64,000 bases of DNA from Betaproteobacteria bacterium (lineage in GTDB: Bacteria > Pseudomonadota > Gammaproteobacteria > Burkholderiales > CAIKXV01). The notes beneath the pieces are model-generated. The model was not told the origin of the DNA. It saw only the letters and a list, made by a program, of their open reading frames with translations, and did no database searches. The position numbers and the translations under genes were made by a program. Position 1 is the first letter of the stretch; the number at the start of each line of letters is the position of its first letter. The stretch lies in contig JAJTHE010000006.1 of the NCBI GenBank assembly GCA_021298815.1, positions 1,780 to 65,779 of the forward strand. The letters run 5' to 3'. Positions 60,967 to 64,000 of the stretch are shown in pieces.

Positions 60967-61995
60967 ATGATCAACACCCAGTCATCGGCCGGTCCGGCCC
61001 GCAGGCCTGCATCCCCGAAAGCGGTGCCCGTCCTGGCTGCCCTCGCGGCGCTGCTGCCGGCTTCGGCAGCGATGCCCGTGGCTGCGGCCGACAGCGTCGC
61101 CTTCCCCACCCGGCCGGTGCGCATCGTCGTGCCCTATCCGCCGGGCGGACCGAACGACATCCTGGCGCGCCTGCTCGGCCAGAAGCTCGGCGATACCTGG
61201 ACGCAGCCGGTGCTGATCGACAACCGCGGCGGCGCCGGCGGCAACATCGGCACCGCCATCGTCGGCCGCGCCAACCCCGACGGGCACACGCTGCTGCTGC
61301 ACGCGATCGCGTTCGCGGTGAACCCGACGCTCTACGGCGATGCCGTGCCCTACAGGCTCGCCGAGTTCACGCCGGTCTCGCTGGTCGCGCGCGGCCCGAT
61401 CCTGCTCACCGTGCATCCCGGCGTGCCCGCCACCTCGGTGAAGGAATTCATCGCGCTGGCGAAGACGAAGGCCGGCGGCCTCAACTACGGCTCCGGCGGT
61501 AACGGGTCTTCCCTGCACCTGGCGGCGGAACTGTTCAAGGCACAGGCCGGCGTTCCGCTCACCCACATCCCGTACAAGGGCACCGGCGACCTGATGTCCG
61601 ACTTCCTCGCCGGGCGCATCTCCGCGGTGTTCCTGAGCCCGCTGAACGCAGTGCCGCTGGTCAAGCAGGGCAAGCTGCGCGCCCTGGCGGTGACCTCGCC
61701 GAAGCGCTCGCCCGCCCTGCCCGACCTGCCGACGATCGCCGAAGCCGGCGTCCCGGGCTACGACATGGAGGCCTGGTTCGCCCTGCTCACCGCCGCCGGC
61801 ACGCCGCGCCCGGTGGTCAACGCCCTGTCGCAGCAGGTCGGCAGCGCACTGCGTACCCCGGACGTGCTGGAGCGGCTGGTCACGCTCGGCGTCGAGGCCG
61901 CGCCGACCACGCCGGAGCAGGCAGCCGCGTACATCGATCGCGAGGCGAAGCGCTGGGACAGGATCCTGCGCGCGGCCGGCGTCAAGGCGGACTGA
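60967..61995 (+). CDS. Bug/TctC substrate-binding protein
   Basis: FPTRPVRIVVPYPPGGPND, HIPYKG. Confidence 0.92.
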   Translation: MINTQSSAGPARRPASPKAVPVLAALAALLPASAAMPVAAADSVAFPTRPVRIVVPYPPGGPNDILARLLGQKLGDTWTQPVLIDNRGGAGGNIGTAIVGRANPDGHTLLLHAIAFAVNPTLYGDAVPYRLAEFTPVSLVARGPILLTVHPGVPATSVKEFIALAKTKAGGLNYGSGGNGSSLHLAAELFKAQAGVPLTHIPYKGTGDLMSDFLAGRISAVFLSPLNAVPLVKQGKLRALAVTSPKRSPALPDLPTIAEAGVPGYDMEAWFALLTAAGTPRPVVNALSQQVGSALRTPDVLERLVTLGVEAAPTTPEQAAAYIDREAKRWDRILRAAGVKAD

Positions 61996-62569
61996 CCGCC
62001 GGCCCGCTGACCCCGGGCGGACTGACCGCCGCGCCACCTGCCTGCTGCCGCTGGCGCCAGTCGCGCAGCCAGCCGCCGTTGCCGCCGAGGCGCACAAGGT
62101 CGCGCAGCGGCACCGGCAGCGGCGGGAAGGCGCGCGTGAAGCCGCGCGTGTGGTTGATGAAGGTGCCGGATGCGTAGTCCACCTCGAGGTCGTCGCCGGT
62201 CTCGCAGGCCGAGGACACACCGGGGCAGTCCTTCAGCACGCGCACGCCGACCCCGAGGGCTGCCCGGTATGCGAGGAACGGCATAGTCTCGCAGACCAGG
62301 CCGAGGTCGAGCGCGCGCATCGCGATGTACCCGGTCATCTTCGGGCCCATGCCGAAGTTGCGGCCGGTTACGATGATGTCACCGGCGGCGACACGCTCGT
62401 GGAAGCCGGGATCGGTTTCCGAGAACAGGTGAGGGACGATGTCCTTCGGATCCATGTAGCGGCCGGAGATCAGCCAGTTCGGCACCACGCCACCGGCATG
62501 GGGCACGTCGTCGCCCAGCCGGTAGCAGCGGCCACGCAGGTTCCAGGAGAAGCCAGCCGGGATGTCCAT
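61982..62569 (-). CDS. LeuD/aconitase swivel-like small subunit
   Basis: GRCYRLGDDV, GDIIVTGRNFGMG, ETGDDLEVD, RLGG. Confidence 0.78.
   Translation of the reverse strand: MDIPAGFSWNLRGRCYRLGDDVPHAGGVVPNWLISGRYMDPKDIVPHLFSETDPGFHERVAAGDIIVTGRNFGMGPKMTGYIAMRALDLGLVCETMPFLAYRAALGVGVRVLKDCPGVSSACETGDDLEVDYASGTFINHTRGFTRAFPPLPVPLRDLVRLGGNGGWLRDWRQRQQAGGAAVSPPGVSGPAVSPP
61986..62031. repeat. Two copies of a 16-bp palindromic unit at a convergent gene junction
   Basis: GGCGGACTGACCGCCG at 61986-62001 and at 62016-62031. Confidence 0.75.
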
Positions 62570-62581
62570 CGAGGTCCCCCT

Positions 62582-63577
62582 TCAGTCGGCGCGCGCGCCG
62601 GATTCGCGCACCACCTTCGCCCACTTGGCGACTTCGGCGCGGATATGCTTCGCGAACACCTCGGGCGAACCACCGACATAGTCGGAACCGTCCTCGGCGA
62701 GGCGGTCGCGCACCGCGGGCGTGCGGGCGATGGTGTCGATGTCGCGATGGATGCGCTCCAGCAGGGGGCGCGGCGTGCCAGCCACCAGCACGATGCCCTG
62801 GAACGCACTCGCCTCGTAGCCGGGCACGCCCTGCTCGGCGACCGTGGGCACGTCTGGCGCCACTGCCGTGCGCTTCGCCCCGCCCACGGAGATCGCCTTC
62901 GCCTTGCCCTGCTTGACCACCGGCAGCGCCGCGATCGGCGCTGTGACCAGCAGGTTCACCTGGCCGGACATCAGGTCGATCATTGCCTGCGAGATGCCCT
63001 TGTACGGGACATGGGTGAGCTTGATGCCGGTCATCGTCTGCAGCATCTCGATCGACACATGCGAGGCCGTGCCGGCACCGGCCGTGGCGTAGGTGATGAA
63101 TCCCGGCTTCGCCTTCGCCAGCCGCACGATGTCCTGGATGCCGGAGGCCGGGAACGACGGGTTGGCGATCAGCATGTTCGGCGAGGCGCCGAGCCAGATC
63201 AGCGGCGCGAAGTCGCGCACCGGATCGTAGCCGACCTTGCGCAGCGCCGGGCCGATCACGAACGCCGTGGTGACGAACAGCCAGGTGTGGCCATCCGGCG
63301 GGGTGCGAAGCGCCAGTTCGGTGGCGAGCGAGGTGCCGCCCCCGGGCCGGTTGTCGATCAGGATGTTCTGGCCGTAGGACGGCGCCAGCGCCTGCCCGAT
63401 GATGCGCGCCTGGATGTCGGATGCGCCCCCGGGCGTGAACGGCACGATGAAGCGCACCGGCCGGGTCGGGAAATCGGTCGCCGCCGCATGCGCGGCCGGC
63501 ATTGTCGCCGCGCCCGTGGCGAGCGGCAGCAGCATCGCGGCCGTGTGCAAGATCCCCGGGGGCCCGTTGCGCTTCAT
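62582..63577 (-). CDS. Bug/TctC substrate-binding protein
   Basis: FPTRPVRFIVPFTPGGASD, HVPYKG. Confidence 0.92.
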   Translation of the reverse strand: MKRNGPPGILHTAAMLLPLATGAATMPAAHAAATDFPTRPVRFIVPFTPGGASDIQARIIGQALAPSYGQNILIDNRPGGGTSLATELALRTPPDGHTWLFVTTAFVIGPALRKVGYDPVRDFAPLIWLGASPNMLIANPSFPASGIQDIVRLAKAKPGFITYATAGAGTASHVSIEMLQTMTGIKLTHVPYKGISQAMIDLMSGQVNLLVTAPIAALPVVKQGKAKAISVGGAKRTAVAPDVPTVAEQGVPGYEASAFQGIVLVAGTPRPLLERIHRDIDTIARTPAVRDRLAEDGSDYVGGSPEVFAKHIRAEVAKWAKVVRESGARAD

Positions 63578-64000
63578 GCGAACGTCCTCGGGTCGGTGAT
63601 GCAGCCGGCGACCGCGGACGCGGCGACGGTGGCCGGGCTGCCGAGGAACAGCCGCGCATCCTTCGCGCCGAATCGTCCGGCGCCGTTGTTGGCCGCGGTC
63701 GAGATCGAGGTCTCGCCGGCGGTGACCGGCCCGGTACGCCCGCCGGCACAGACCCCGCAGCCGGCCGGCATCACCACCGCGCCGGCCTCCTGGAAGATGT
63801 CGAGCAGGCCTTCGCGATGCAGCCGGCGCGTGGAGGCCTCGGTGCCGGGCGTGACGAACAGGCGCACGCCGGGCGCGATGCGCCGGCCCGACAGCACGCG
63901 CGCGGCGGCCTCCAGGTCTTCCCACATGCCGGAGCCGCAGGAACCGATGAACGCATGCTGCACCGGAGTGCCCGCCACGTCTGACAGGTTCGCCGCGCGG
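63574..64000 (-). CDS. LeuC/aconitase-like large subunit; 5' end outside the window
   Basis: FIGSC, GCGVCAG ([4Fe-4S] cysteines), SPATVAASAVAG. Confidence 0.85.
   Translation of the reverse strand, partial: RAANLSDVAGTPVQHAFIGSCGSGMWEDLEAAARVLSGRRIAPGVRLFVTPGTEASTRRLHREGLLDIFQEAGAVVMPAGCGVCAGGRTGPVTAGETSISTAANNGAGRFGAKDARLFLGSPATVAASAVAGCITDPRTFA

Overview
GC-rich, Betaproteobacteria-like (Burkholderiales-type) chromosomal window with about 55 genes, one tRNA-Pro(TGG), and no recognisable IS, prophage or CRISPR array. The flanks (1-18.6 kb and 52.7-64 kb) are catabolic: three ThDP-enzyme loci, an ALDH, an acyl-CoA dehydrogenase/CoA-transferase/MmgE-PrpD/TarD cluster, TauD, D-aminoacylase, LeuC/D-like genes and seven Bug/TctC solute receptors. 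The middle holds c-di-GMP and housekeeping genes: GGDEF-EAL, HDAC, MoxR-DUF58-TgpA, a FimW-like gene, surE-pcm-nlpD with no rpoS after it, pldA and pdxH. The most striking feature is a 14.5 kb block (38.0-52.6 kb) built around an orphan rpoN (sigma54) and a sigma54 response regulator. Eight transcription units in it (csbD-BON, BON, REC-GGDEF, cardiolipin synthase, a small ORF, rpoN, the activator, a degenerate hybrid kinase) plus a degenerate hemerythrin gene carry -24/-12 promoters that I read directly in the sequence. Most share a variant GGGCAYG-N4-YTGCG form. I infer a sigma54-paralogue-driven general-stress regulon that may stand in for RpoS. Three sigma28 (FliA)-type promoters and two signalling pseudogenes are also visible. 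All calls come from motif recognition by eye; no database searches were run.
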